Positions 20,186 through 31,199 of a stretch of 64,000 bases of DNA are shown here, piece after piece (within the stretch, counting starts at the first letter, position 1; every line of letters starts with the position of its first letter). This stretch comes from an uncultured delta proteobacterium (lineage in GTDB: Bacteria; Desulfobacterota; Desulfobacteria; Desulfobacterales; JAFDCJ01), in the NCBI GenBank assembly GCA_963769935.1, contig CAVYNY010000010.1:384001-448000 (forward strand), given 5' to 3'. Made by a program: the position numbers and the translations under genes. The notes beneath the pieces are model-generated. The model worked only from the letters and a program-made list of their open reading frames with translations, searched no databases and was not told the DNA's origin.

Positions 20186-20280
20186 TGGCCCTCCTTCTGC
20201 GTTTAGTTGGAATTTTTATTGGTAGTCTAACAAAACTGTGTTCTGCGCCAAAATACCTGAAATTTAGTTTCATGAATAAA

Positions 20281-21960
20281 TTAATCATCAACCAATTTAA
20301 TTACAATCATGGTCACATCATCTTCCGGTTTCCGGTCTTCTGAAAACCGGTGGAGCCGTCCAAGACTGGCAGCTATAATTTCTTTGGCGCTGGCCGTGGG
20401 ATTTTGCCGAATAACCTGATAGAGCGGCTCTTTGCCGAACATTTCCCCTCGCGGATTGCGTGCCTCCCAGATACCGTCGGTCCCGAGAAAGATTATCTGG
20501 TTGCGAACAAGATTCTTTTTCTCGTTTTCTTCGAACTGCGCATCTGAGCGCACGCCCAGAGCCATGCCGGGACCTCGCAATTCTTCAAATGAATCCGCGG
20601 CCGGATCATAAAAGATTCCCGGATCATGTCCGGCACGAACCCAGCTCAAGTTTCTATTTTTAGCATCAATGGCCAAATAAAACAACGTCATGAATCCGCC
20701 GGATTCTTCGACATCGCTGGCAAGCTGCCGGTTGACGTCGGCAACCGTGTGGGCAATACTTCCGGGCAGGTCGGATCGTTGACGCAAAAACGCCCGGGCG
20801 GTGGCCATAAGCAGGGCTGAGGAGACACCGTGTCCGGATACATCTCCTAAGACCACCCTGATTTTGCCCGCATCGCCCGCATCATATCCAAGAAAATCAT
20901 AGTAATCCCCTCCGGTCTCATCACAATAGACGCTGGTCGCGGCAATATCCAAGCCTTTTACCTGAGGCGCTTGGCGGGGCAACAGGGCCTGCTGAACTTC
21001 TTTGGCCAGACATAAGGATCGGCGCATGCGGTCGCGTTCTATCAGGCCCTCGGTCATTTCGTTCATCCCGTCACCCAGCAAACCAAGCTCATCATTGGAT
21101 ACGACCTGGACTTTGTGATGGAAATTTCCGTCACGCACATTATATACCAATTGGATCATCTCTTTAATCGGTTTCAATATGGAATTTCCAACCAGGATAT
21201 TCAAACTGAACGCAATGACAATAAAAAGAACACTCAACACAACGGTAAAGACCAGAATCTGTTGGCCGAATTGACCGGCGGTAACTGCGCTATCCTTAAC
21301 TTCCCAGACCGCGAAGGCCAGCGTACCCACCAGAAGAATCATGGGGGCATTGGTTCCGACACCCAGCAAAACTCGGATTCTTCTTAGAATGGAAATTTTT
21401 ATGGCCCCCGTCACTGCGGCCAATTTGCCTGCGGGGAAAAAAACCGGAACCAGATTCGTGCGGGAATAATCATCAATCAGGAAAAATGAAATAAAGGAAG
21501 CGATCAGGCCGATCATGACGAGCCTGAAAAACCCATAAAAAAAACTGCTGATTGACATATTTATCAGAAAAGACATAATCGGCAGCAATACGGCAGACAA
21601 AACTATCCACATGGCAACATTCACCAGAGCGAGAGTAATCGGCAAATTCAAGAGCCTGCGCTCTGCCAGGGCTTGAAGCCCTGCTTCCGGTTTCTCGTCG
21701 GATTGAAGCTTTTTCAGCGCGGCGGCGATGGGACGCTGGACAAGATATTGCAGGAACACGGCAATTAGAGAAATAAAAGCGAGAATGACAGGTATCGCTG
21801 CCCAGTTGCCTTTGGATAGAAATCCCCGCCATTCTTCAAAAATCGCCAGGGGTGTAAAAATATTCAGCACGGCGATGATGAAGTTGCCCGAGATATTGGC
21901 TGCAAAATTTCGCAGATAAAGAGCGGTTAACCCGGATTTGACTGGTTTCGGTGCTTTCAT
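20281..21960 (-). CDS. Membrane PP2C/SpoIIE-type phosphatase with HAMP domain (RsbU-like)
   Basis: Several TMs, HAMP (SNDELG), GGDYYD, GDVSGHG, GTDGIWE, DDVT motifs. Confidence 0.92.
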   Translation of the reverse strand: MKAPKPVKSGLTALYLRNFAANISGNFIIAVLNIFTPLAIFEEWRGFLSKGNWAAIPVILAFISLIAVFLQYLVQRPIAAALKKLQSDEKPEAGLQALAERRLLNLPITLALVNVAMWIVLSAVLLPIMSFLINMSISSFFYGFFRLVMIGLIASFISFFLIDDYSRTNLVPVFFPAGKLAAVTGAIKISILRRIRVLLGVGTNAPMILLVGTLAFAVWEVKDSAVTAGQFGQQILVFTVVLSVLFIVIAFSLNILVGNSILKPIKEMIQLVYNVRDGNFHHKVQVVSNDELGLLGDGMNEMTEGLIERDRMRRSLCLAKEVQQALLPRQAPQVKGLDIAATSVYCDETGGDYYDFLGYDAGDAGKIRVVLGDVSGHGVSSALLMATARAFLRQRSDLPGSIAHTVADVNRQLASDVEESGGFMTLFYLAIDAKNRNLSWVRAGHDPGIFYDPAADSFEELRGPGMALGVRSDAQFEENEKKNLVRNQIIFLGTDGIWEARNPRGEMFGKEPLYQVIRQNPTASAKEIIAASLGRLHRFSEDRKPEDDVTMIVIKLVDD

Positions 21961-22072
21961 TGCGTTTAATCTAGTTGCCAAAGTGCAGACCCTTGAAGAC
22001 AAAAAAATACAGACCTATATATAATATTAAGGTGATTGAAACATCTTATAAGGTCTTGAAAGTCTCGATCCT

Positions 22073-22154
22073 GGAGTACTGGAGTCATGGAGTATTGAAA
22101 AAAAGATATCACACCTATAGCCATCAGTCCAACACTGCAGTACTCCAACACTCC
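22073..22154. repeat. Inverted pair of 8-mer tandem arrays
   Basis: GGAGTACT GGAGTCAT GGAGTATT G versus CCAACACT GCAGTACT CCAACACT CC. Confidence 0.7.
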
Positions 22155-22365
22155 GAAGCATAATCCTCCAACAAAGATTACCTTGTTTTGGTTCATAGTT
22201 CCGTAAAATTAGTTGAATGACCATAGCCGCCGGAACCGATTGGATCAAGAAAAAACCGCATGTATTCACCGGATCTTTTGTTGACAAGACCCTGTCGATG
22301 CCGTAGTATTCACCCCGATTTTATACTGTTTACGGTAAGTTAGACGAAAAACCGGAGGTGGCCAA

Positions 22366-22947
22366 ATGAGTCGGGATGTACCAACGCGCGAAGAGGCCCT
22401 CGTGCTTCTGAAACACTACAATCAAAATGAAAGCTTGATAAAACATGCCCTGGCAGTGGAAGCCGTCATGCGTTATTTTGCCCGCAAACGTGGCGAAGAC
22501 GAAGAGAAATGGGGCAAGATCGGCCTGATCCACGACCTTGATTATGAACAATTTCCCGATCAGCATTGTAAAAAGACCGAAGAAATACTGCGGGAAAACA
22601 ACTGGCCGGAAGAATACATCCGGGCCGTGGTCAGTCATGGCTGGGGAATCTGCACCGATGTAGCGCCGGAGTCGGAACTGGAAAAGGTGCTTTTTACCAT
22701 CGATGAACTCACCGGACTGGTGGTGACAACCGCCCTCGTGCGTCCTTCAAAAAGCGTGCTGGATGTTGAAACCAAGTCGGTTAAAAAGAAATGGAAGGAC
22801 AAACGATTTGCTGCCGGCGTAAATCGATCCATTATCGAAAAGGGCGCCGGGATGCTGGGAATGGATCTTACGGACGTGATTAACGATACCATCATGGGCA
22901 TGCGTGAGGTGGCTGATGAAATCGGGTTGAAGGGCAACGTGGAGTGA
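22366..22947 (+). CDS. HD-domain (HDIG-type) metal-dependent phosphohydrolase
   Basis: KHALAVE, GLIHDLDYE and DELTG motifs. GGAGG SD. Confidence 0.9.
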   Translation: MSRDVPTREEALVLLKHYNQNESLIKHALAVEAVMRYFARKRGEDEEKWGKIGLIHDLDYEQFPDQHCKKTEEILRENNWPEEYIRAVVSHGWGICTDVAPESELEKVLFTIDELTGLVVTTALVRPSKSVLDVETKSVKKKWKDKRFAAGVNRSIIEKGAGMLGMDLTDVINDTIMGMREVADEIGLKGNVE

Positions 22948-23077
22948 TTTCGGAAGGCGGAGTAAATTCGCAGACCGGTCGAAGTTCACAGCCCCATAGA
23001 GATTGGTATTATTGAATTCAGAGTTGATCGTTTAAACTATCAGCCATGAACTGTGAACTAATTTCGCCGGCAATCCG

Positions 23078-23374
23078 TCACTTCTTACGAAATCCAATAT
23101 ATACCCAATAAATTATCCAGATAACCGCTACCGGGCCGACGCCGAGATATAAATACAGGATCAGGTCTTCATTCCAGGGCTGGATAAACGCTGCAATGAC
23201 CGCCGGCCAAAGCACAGTAGCCGCAATAGCTGATCTCATCTTACCGGATAATACGGCCACCGGTTTGGTTTTGGCGGCCGGTTTTTCATTTCCGCGGCTC
23301 AAAATTCTGGGCAAAAAAAAGATTGCCAGAATAATGATTACGAGTACCAGTATTTCTTGAATACCTGAAAACAT
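23078..23374 (-). CDS. Small membrane protein, hypothetical
   Basis: Three hydrophobic segments. TatA-like N-terminus (GIQEILVLVII...P). Confidence 0.65.
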   Translation of the reverse strand: MFSGIQEILVLVIIILAIFFLPRILSRGNEKPAAKTKPVAVLSGKMRSAIAATVLWPAVIAAFIQPWNEDLILYLYLGVGPVAVIWIIYWVYIGFRKK

Positions 23375-23642
23375 CTATTCTCCATTGTTGCGGCACTCTG
23401 GTTATCACAAAAATACTTGAGTGACAAGTTGCCTGCCGTCGTATTGAACCGGAATGGCATATAACAACATTCCCCATCAACTCAATTATTCAATCCACTC
23501 AATAAACTAAGACAACCGATCCAACTCCATCAATTTTCCATTTTTTTCTCTTACCTGTTTTTCACAAATTTTCTCACCCTGTTTACCCAACCTGAATCAC
23601 ATTTCTTAAACAGCGACATCGCCGATAGCTTCGGTTCCGTTT

Positions 23643-23655
23643 TAACTATTTGATA
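23643..23655 (-). promoter_or_regulatory. Putative IHF binding site
   Basis: Minus strand TATCAAATAGTTA equals WATCAA-N4-TTR, ~30 bp upstream of a sigma-54 -24 box. Confidence 0.55.
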
Positions 23656-23682
23656 TCTATATAATTTTAAAATTTCTAGTGT

Positions 23683-23699
23683 TTGGTATGTTTTTTGCC
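23683..23699 (+). promoter_or_regulatory. Sigma-54 -24/-12 promoter upstream of the minor-pilin operon
   Basis: TTGGTATGTTTTTTGCC, GG-N10-GC. Confidence 0.65.
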
Positions 23700-23914
23700 T
23701 GAAGAACGGCAGCCTGACATTGCATTCCGCTTAAAGTCAAGCAAAAAGCGTTTCAATCAGTTATTTGCTTCAATCTATAAAGATTATTCAAGATTTTATA
23801 TTGACACACAAAGTGAATTACCTTAAACAACAGAGTTGTTGGATTGACGTTTATCTCTCAGGCCCTGTCATCTAGCAATTCCACAAGGAAAAAGATATTG
23901 ACAACCTTGAAATG

Positions 23915-23956
23915 AAGCCTCCAAGGGGACATTGGTGTTCTTAAGGAGGCTTTTTT
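23915..23956 (+). terminator. Terminator-like hairpin in the leader of the pilin operon
   Basis: AAGCCTCC ... GGAGGCTT-TTTT with inner GACAT-TG-GTGTT pairing. Confidence 0.65.
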
Positions 23957-24043
23957 CATTTTTCATATAGCCGACACCGCGTATTTGGATGGCGCAAGGA
24001 TACGGGTCCGTTTTCGTGATTTCAAGGACGAGAGATTTCAATT

Positions 24044-24514
24044 ATGCACCGAGACTCAGGTTTCACGCTGATTGAGTTGATGACGACACTGGGGATAATT
24101 GCAGTTCTTGCCAGTATTGCAATACCGAACTATATTGGTTGGCTTCCCCAATACAGGCTGGGCAGCGCTGCCAGGGATTTGCTGTCCGCAATGCAGTATG
24201 GTCGGTTGACAGCCGTCAAAAACAATGCCGATGTGCAGGTGAAATTTTACCCGGATCAGGATAATTACCGGTTCTTTGCTGATTATGACGGTGATCATGA
24301 TCAGGACGCAGATGAACCCACCATAAAAAGCGGTAAAATGCCCCAAGGCGTACACCTGAAGGAAACAAATTTTCATGGCAATACTTTCTATTTTGACGGC
24401 AGAGGGCTTGCATCCGGTTCAGGCGGCACGATATCCCTCGAGAATATTTCGATGAATCAAACTCAAATTCGAGTGAATCGAACCGGCAACTCCAGAATTC
24501 TGGTGGCAGAGTAG
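24044..24514 (+). CDS. Type IV minor pilin, FimT/FimU/GspH family
   Basis: Class III signal SG|FTLIE, C-terminal FDGRG motif. Confidence 0.9.
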   Translation: MHRDSGFTLIELMTTLGIIAVLASIAIPNYIGWLPQYRLGSAARDLLSAMQYGRLTAVKNNADVQVKFYPDQDNYRFFADYDGDHDQDADEPTIKSGKMPQGVHLKETNFHGNTFYFDGRGLASGSGGTISLENISMNQTQIRVNRTGNSRILVAE

Positions 24515-24630
24515 AACACTCCGACAAAAAGCGACCGGTGGCGTAAGATCAGAAGGATCCTTAGAATTTCGAATATTTCTAATGTCTCGCACGTCGGCAG
24601 GTTTATCGCCATCGTGCAGGTACACTAACC

Positions 24631-25452
24631 ATGAGAAATGATTCCGGCGGCTACACCCTGGTCGAGCTCTTAATTGCGATGTCCATCGCGGCCATTTTAA
24701 TAACGGCCATCTATCAGGTCTACCAGATGCGTCAAAGTTCCGATCTCAAACAACAGCTGATGGTTGAAATGCAGGAAAACATCCGGGCAGCTGCTTCTCT
24801 GATAAAAAGAGAAATCAGAATGACCGGCTATGATCCCGCTGCAAACGATGGCGAAGATAGCGATGGCGATTCGGCCGTTGATAATGAAGACGAATCTGCG
24901 GATACGGGAATCGAAAAGGCCGGCCGCGATATGATAAGGTTTACTTTCGACTATGATGCCGACATGACGACCGACCCCGATGAAAGGATTACTTACGGCT
25001 TTGCAAATTCATATGATGCCGACAGCGACGGAATCGCCGATTCAGGGGCCGGCCGGCTTTACAGACAAACCGGCGATGGAATACTGATCGGCATAGCTGA
25101 AAATATCCAGGCCATCGGGTTTGCCTATGCATTTGACCATAATCATGACGGCATCCTGGATACCGACGACGGCACCGCCGATGGCCAGATCGTGTGGGCT
25201 TACGATGCCGACCTTGCCGATGGAGATGATGCGCTTACCACGAATCTGGATGGCAATTTGTTGGCCGCCCCGGTGCCGCTATCCGATATCCGGGCAATCA
25301 GGGTTTGGATTCTGGCCCGAACCAGAGCACCGATCAGGGGGCATGTTGAAGACCGGACCTATGCGGTGGGTGACCGAAATATTTCATGCGCCGACAATTA
25401 CCCGCGCCGTTTGCTCACGGCCACGGTGTATTGCAGAAATATGGGACTCTGA
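24631..25452 (+). CDS. pilW: Type IV minor pilin PilW-like
   Basis: GG|YTLVE, QENIRAA...REIRMTGY, IRAIRVWILART, CRNMGL motifs. Confidence 0.85.
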   Translation: MRNDSGGYTLVELLIAMSIAAILITAIYQVYQMRQSSDLKQQLMVEMQENIRAAASLIKREIRMTGYDPAANDGEDSDGDSAVDNEDESADTGIEKAGRDMIRFTFDYDADMTTDPDERITYGFANSYDADSDGIADSGAGRLYRQTGDGILIGIAENIQAIGFAYAFDHNHDGILDTDDGTADGQIVWAYDADLADGDDALTTNLDGNLLAAPVPLSDIRAIRVWILARTRAPIRGHVEDRTYAVGDRNISCADNYPRRLLTATVYCRNMGL

Positions 25453-25506
25453 GTTTAGCCTGTGTCCATCGGATCCGGCAAAAATGGTCCGCCTGGTTTT
25501 AAATAA

Positions 25507-25905
25507 ATGAAAAAACGAATACCCAATCGGGGTTACACCCTTATCGAAGTGCTAATCGCCATGAGCATTTTTGCCGTGGGCTTTCTAGCCGTGGCGAGTA
25601 TGGAGATCATGGCCATTAGCCAGAATGCCAGTGCCAGAATGCAGACTGAAGCAACCGCCAAGGCCGTAGACCGGCTGGAAAGGCTGCTGGCCCTGCCTTA
25701 TGATCATATAGATTTAAATGAGCAGAACAACCCCCACCGGGTGATGTCCGAAGGCTATACGGTCGAATGGATGGTTGAGGATGATGTGCCGATCAATGCC
25801 ACCAAATCCATTAAAATCACCGTGTCCGCTGCGAACCGGAATGCCAAGCCGATCTCTATAAGTTTCACAAGAGCCGCTGGTCTTGATTCCGGATCCGGTT
25901 CTTAG
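25507..25905 (+). CDS. pilV: Type IV minor pilin PilV-like
   Basis: RG|YTLIEVLIAMSIFAVGFLAVASM. Confidence 0.85.
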   Translation: MKKRIPNRGYTLIEVLIAMSIFAVGFLAVASMEIMAISQNASARMQTEATAKAVDRLERLLALPYDHIDLNEQNNPHRVMSEGYTVEWMVEDDVPINATKSIKITVSAANRNAKPISISFTRAAGLDSGSGS

Positions 25906-25933
25906 TAGGCGGTAGACTGAAGGGATGTAATCC

Positions 25934-26554
25934 ATGCCGCAATCAACTTTTTACAAAAAAAATCAGGAAGGTTTTATTATCATCGCGGCCGTGATGATGC
26001 TCGCTCTGCTTACAATAATCGCTGTCTCCGCCTTAAACACGAGTACCACGGAAGTTAAGATAGCAACCAATGAGCTTCTCTATGAAAAAACATTTTATGC
26101 CGCCGAATCCGGATTACAGCATTTGAAACAACTTCTTAGAAGCCAAGTGGTTAAGTACCAGGCCGTCAATCCGGCGTCGGGCACGGTTCCGAGCTGGAGT
26201 TTTGCCTTAAAGGGCGCCCAGGATACAACCGGCGACGACAACGGTGACTTTGAGGGCGCCGTCGAATGGATCAATAGAGAAATTGACGGAATCACCGTTA
26301 AGGTGAGCGTCTGGAATAATGCGGACAGCGGCAATTATGAAACCGATACCGATGGGCTGATCTACGCCCGGTCCGCAGCCAAAGGACCGCGGGGATCTGC
26401 GTGCAGCATCGAAATACTGTTGCGGAGCACGATGAACGGTATGGCGATTAGTGATTACAGCGCCCAGCAGGGTGCGGGACCGGACAAGAATTACGTTTCT
26501 GATGATGTGAAAGCGATGACAAGTTTTGAAAATCAAATAACTTTGGTCCACTAA
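25934..26554 (+). CDS. pilX: Type IV minor pilin PilX-like
   Basis: EG|FIIIA (no Glu5) and FYAAESG motif. Confidence 0.85.
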   Translation: MPQSTFYKKNQEGFIIIAAVMMLALLTIIAVSALNTSTTEVKIATNELLYEKTFYAAESGLQHLKQLLRSQVVKYQAVNPASGTVPSWSFALKGAQDTTGDDNGDFEGAVEWINREIDGITVKVSVWNNADSGNYETDTDGLIYARSAAKGPRGSACSIEILLRSTMNGMAISDYSAQQGAGPDKNYVSDDVKAMTSFENQITLVH

Positions 26555-26566
26555 AAGGCAAGCCCT

Positions 26567-29500
26567 ATGAAAATACAAAACATGATCCGATTGTTTGTTT
26601 TTGGATTGATGCTTTTTATTTTCGGCAGCGCGACCGGCGCGGAGGCCGACCTGAGATTTAATCCGTTCAACGGGCACTACTACCTGATCCATAACGAAAC
26701 GATGACCTGGAGTGCTGCCAGAGATTATTGCGAATCCCTGGTGGAAGGCGACGTCAGTGGAACCGGTTATTTGGTAACGATAACTACCGATCAGGAAAAT
26801 CAGTTTGTCCACGAATTATTAAGCAACGAGCGCGGTTGGCTGGGCGCAAGTGACGGCGACGGCGAAGACACCTGGAAATGGGTCACGGGTCCCGAAGGCC
26901 AGGACAGCGGTACGGTCTTCTGGAATGGCCCAGGCAGTTCGGCGGGTGGGGTGCCGGTCGAGGGGCGGTACACAAACTGGACCGATGGAAATCAGCCCAA
27001 TGACAGAAACGGCCAGGACTATCTTGAAATGCTGGCCGACGGGGGCTGGAATGACACCGATGGCGATGAGGAATTCCAGTTCGTGTGTGAATTTAATCCG
27101 ACAACCTATTACACCATAACAGCTGCTGCGGGAGCCAACGGAACGATCGAACCCTTCGGCGATCCACCGGGACAGGTAAAAGTGGAAGAAGGTTCCGATC
27201 AGACCTTTACCATTGTTCCGGATCCCGGATACAAGGTGGCTGCCGTTCAGGTGGATGATTCGCCGGCAGGGCTGGATAATAATCAGTATACCTTTAATAA
27301 TGTCGGCAAAGACCACAAAATCGAAGCAACGTTCGTGGAGAACATCCATACCATCACCGCCAGTTTCGGTGCCAACGGCAGCATTTCTCCTGCCGGCAGT
27401 GTGCCGGTGGCGCATGACGCCGAAAAAACATTTACCATATCGGCAGTCCCCGGTTTTCAAATTGGGGCGGTCCTGGTCGATGATATTCCGGCGGCCTTGA
27501 ACGGAGGCCAGTACACCTTTACCAACGTCGATCGCGACCATACCATATCCGTTTCTTTCATCGATGCCAATTCCGAACCTGGGGAGGAGACCGGCGGAAA
27601 CGTGGCCGGCTGTTCCGCCAGCGCTACGGCCGATTATAGCAGCGGTTTTGATCCGCAAGACTTTCTGCTTTTCAATACCAGTGTCGACAACCAAAAACAC
27701 CTGGTGTTGGATACCGGTCATGCGGCCATAGATCCCGCCAAGATTATTATCCCGTTTACCCAGAGCGTTTCAGCCACATTTCTCTACGAGGCTGCCGGAT
27801 TCAAATTTTCAGACTTCGGCTGGCTGCTCGCCGCCGACGGGCCGGGCGGGACGAAACATGAGATATACCAGGATGTGAACGACAACGACCAAAACGGTGT
27901 CTTGGATGTCGGCCCGAACAACACCGCCGATCGTTTCGGCGATACCAACGGCGACGATAAGATTGATGCGTTGGATAATATCAAAGTTTTGGGAACGTTT
28001 AAAGGTGGAACGGAAATTGTATTTTATCTCAAGGTCGATAATGAAAACCAAGCCTATTACACCAAAACCGACTGGAATACGGACACGTATGCTTCAACCA
28101 GCGGCGCATGCACGGGCGATACGATTGAAAAAACTTTCAATCTGGGAATGCCCCTATTGAGTGCCGGTCCTTGCAGTCTGGAAAGCAACTGGATGGAGCA
28201 GACGGCCTTAAATCGCGTCAACGACCTATTCGGGCTGTACTTTGCGGCCGATGATACCGCGACCCTGGAAATCGAAAGGAATAAACCCTTTTCCCATGTC
28301 ATCGTCGGGGCGCCGGGAAACAAGCCGAACGAATGGATTTTAGGTTGGGAGGATCTCAGAGAGGGCGGTGATACCGACCACAACGATCTGGTTTTTCAAA
28401 TCGAACGTAAAACAGGTGGAATGGCGCAGCTCCTATCGACCAGTGCCATCACGCCTCGAACAGGAGGACGCTTATTTCACGGGGGTTACCGTGCGGTTAT
28501 ATGATCGCATGCCCTGTTCGGGTGATTCTAAAATCACCTATTTTCTGTCTATTGACAATGGCCAAAACTGGGTGGAAATCAGGTCCTGGGACGAAGTTTA
28601 CAGCTATGAAGTGGTTGACGGGAGAACGGTTCTCGGTGACAAGATAACCAGTTGGACACCGGGATAATCCGGAATATACCTACCGCTCGCGCAGAATCGA
28701 TTTTGCGGGCCAGGGCCTCTCCGGAAAAAGTCTCATTTGGAAGGCTGAATTTGTCAGCCAGGACGAGCCCTGTAAGCCGGAACTCATTGATCTGGCATTG
28801 GATGCCAGTGTGGCGACCCATGGCTACTTCGCCCGCAGTTCACCGGTTGTCCAGGCCAATGCGCTCTATTCAGGCTATTATGAAACGCCTGAAATGAGCT
28901 GGACGGACAAGAATTTGCGGGGCCATTTGACCGCCACTCGCCTGTATGATCCTGACAACCCGGATGAGACCAGTGAAATTAAGCTCTGGGATGCCGGTGA
29001 AAGATTGAGTATGACGCCTCCTGCGGATAGAATGATATATTTTCCCAACATTGAGGTGGTGACAATCTCAAATGAGGAAATTGCCAGGGGCGACAGCACA
29101 ACCCAAACATTCTCAGGGCAGCTGCATCATCCGGTTTTAGCAACGACGCTGGCAATTACCGACACGCGGGAGACTTTCTACGATAAGCACATCGACGTGC
29201 TGGAAGGTAATAAAGGCGGCGTCGGAACCATCGACCGCTTTAACGGAAAATTCACGGTCTCCTTTAATACGCCACCTCGGGAAGGCCAACCCATAACGGT
29301 TAATTATCGTTACTACTACGCCCATCCGGCACTGCCAGCAGTTTAAAAACGACAATGTTTCCAACGAGATGCTTGGGATTGATGATACGTTTATTTTCCC
29401 GGATGGTTATGTCTATGACTTCAATGAAGACGGCAATGTTGATCAGGCGGATGGCAAGTGGCTGGTCAATTGGGTTCGCGGGTATAATGACGGCGACCAT

Positions 29501-31074
29501 ATTGCCAAGGAATGGCTGCTGGGACCCATCGATCATTCTGTTCCGGCCGTCGCCACTCCGCCGGGAATACCGTTATGGTTTTTCGGAACGGATATAACCG
29601 AAGCAGAGCGATGCAAGCTATAGAGATTTTATCAAAGACGAGAAAATATCAACCCGTCCGACCGTTGTATATGTGGGCGCCCGGGATGGGATGCTCCATG
29701 CCTTTGATGCCGGCAACTTTCGCGACGACGACAACCCAGTGTCCGCTCCGGTCGAGAACCGAGGGTATTTCTTGTGGCAAAATCGGTCAGCGGAGGACTG
29801 CCCCGCTTACTGCAGCGATAATTGCAGCAACTGCCCTGACTACGGCACCGGAAATGAGCTGTGGGCATTTATTCCGGCGAACCTCATGCCGCGCCTGAAA
29901 AACAATCGGCTCAGAAGCGAGGACCAGGCTTATGTCGATGCGTCACCGGCCCTGGCAGATGTATTTATCAACGGCCGCTGGAGAACCGTTTTGCTGGCCG
30001 CCGAGGGCAATGGCGGGGATACGGTGTTTTGCCTGGATGTCACCGATCCTTTAAAGCCTTCTTTTTTGTGGGAGTTTGCTCATCCGGAATTATTCCGCAG
30101 CCGCTCATCTCCATCAGTCAGCTCAAATAGGGAGAATTCTGGACAACGGCACTGCCAAATGGGTGGCATTTTTTGTATCCGGCAAGACCGAAGACCCAAG
30201 CCTGTACCCGTCCATTTATGTGATCAATATTGCAGACGGCAGCAAGGAAGAAAAAATTTCTTTGACTGCTGATGCCGGCGGAATCGGCGGCGTCCCCAGC
30301 GGACAGCCGTCCATCATCGATTCGGACGGCAACGGATACATCGACCGGATTTACATCGGCACGGATAAAGGGCGTATGTATAAGGTCAACATCCCGGATG
30401 ACCCCGATACTCAGAAGTATAATATCAGCCATTGCGTCATCAACACGGATTTCACAGACGACGACTTAGACCCTGAGGTGAACTCAATCCCTGAAGGCCA
30501 GCGATACCATCCCATTTATGGCTCACCGGTCGTCGTTGTCGACAATGGATTGACCGCCGAGGGGAAAATTCATTACAATCTCAGGATATTCTTCGGCACC
30601 GGCGACAGTCCCTACTATGATGAAAATATCAACACAGCTGAAACCAAGTATCACTTTTTTGCTTACCGCGATGAAAGCGGGAAGGGACAGTGTAATGCAG
30701 ATTCCGTCAATTTGGACTGGTTTTTACAGCTTCCCGCAGGCCATCGAATTTTTGCTTCGGCTTTTGCGGCGGCCGGCAATATTTATTTCGGAACTTCAAC
30801 CAGTGAGACCGAGGATCCCTGCGCACCGGGCTCGGGCAATGCCCAGAATACAAACGGGGGAACGCTTTTCGCCTTAACCATGGGCGGCTCCGTCGTTGCA
30901 CAAATAGCGGATGTCGGCAGCATTGTCACGTCGCCTTTGGTTTCAGATGAACACCTCTACCTGCGCTCACAAACCCTTGGCCTAAAATCGTTTGGCGGCA
31001 GCAAGTATAACAATCCAAGCCTGGCCGGAGGCATCGCAGAGTTGCAAATCAAGGCTTGGCGGGAATTGTTCTAA
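26567..31074 (+). CDS. pilY1: PilY1/PilC-type pilus tip adhesin (~1500 aa once five +1 frameshifts are removed) with C-type lectin, two beta-repeats, DUF4114-like segment and C-terminal beta-propeller
   Basis: Follows pilX. YVGARDGMLHAF, ELWAFIP, YVDASP and DSDGNGYIDRIYIGT motifs. Frames join via single extra bases near 28457, 28665, 29335, 29612 and 30120. Confidence 0.85.
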
Positions 31075-31199
31075 CTTAGGGCTCATTTAACGATTGTTCG
31101 CGAACTGCTATCCCTACCACAACCGTTTTCGAACCTGTAACCATTTTATCCTTGACTGTAAATTTTCATTCATTAAATTTCAGGTGGAACATACCCAAA

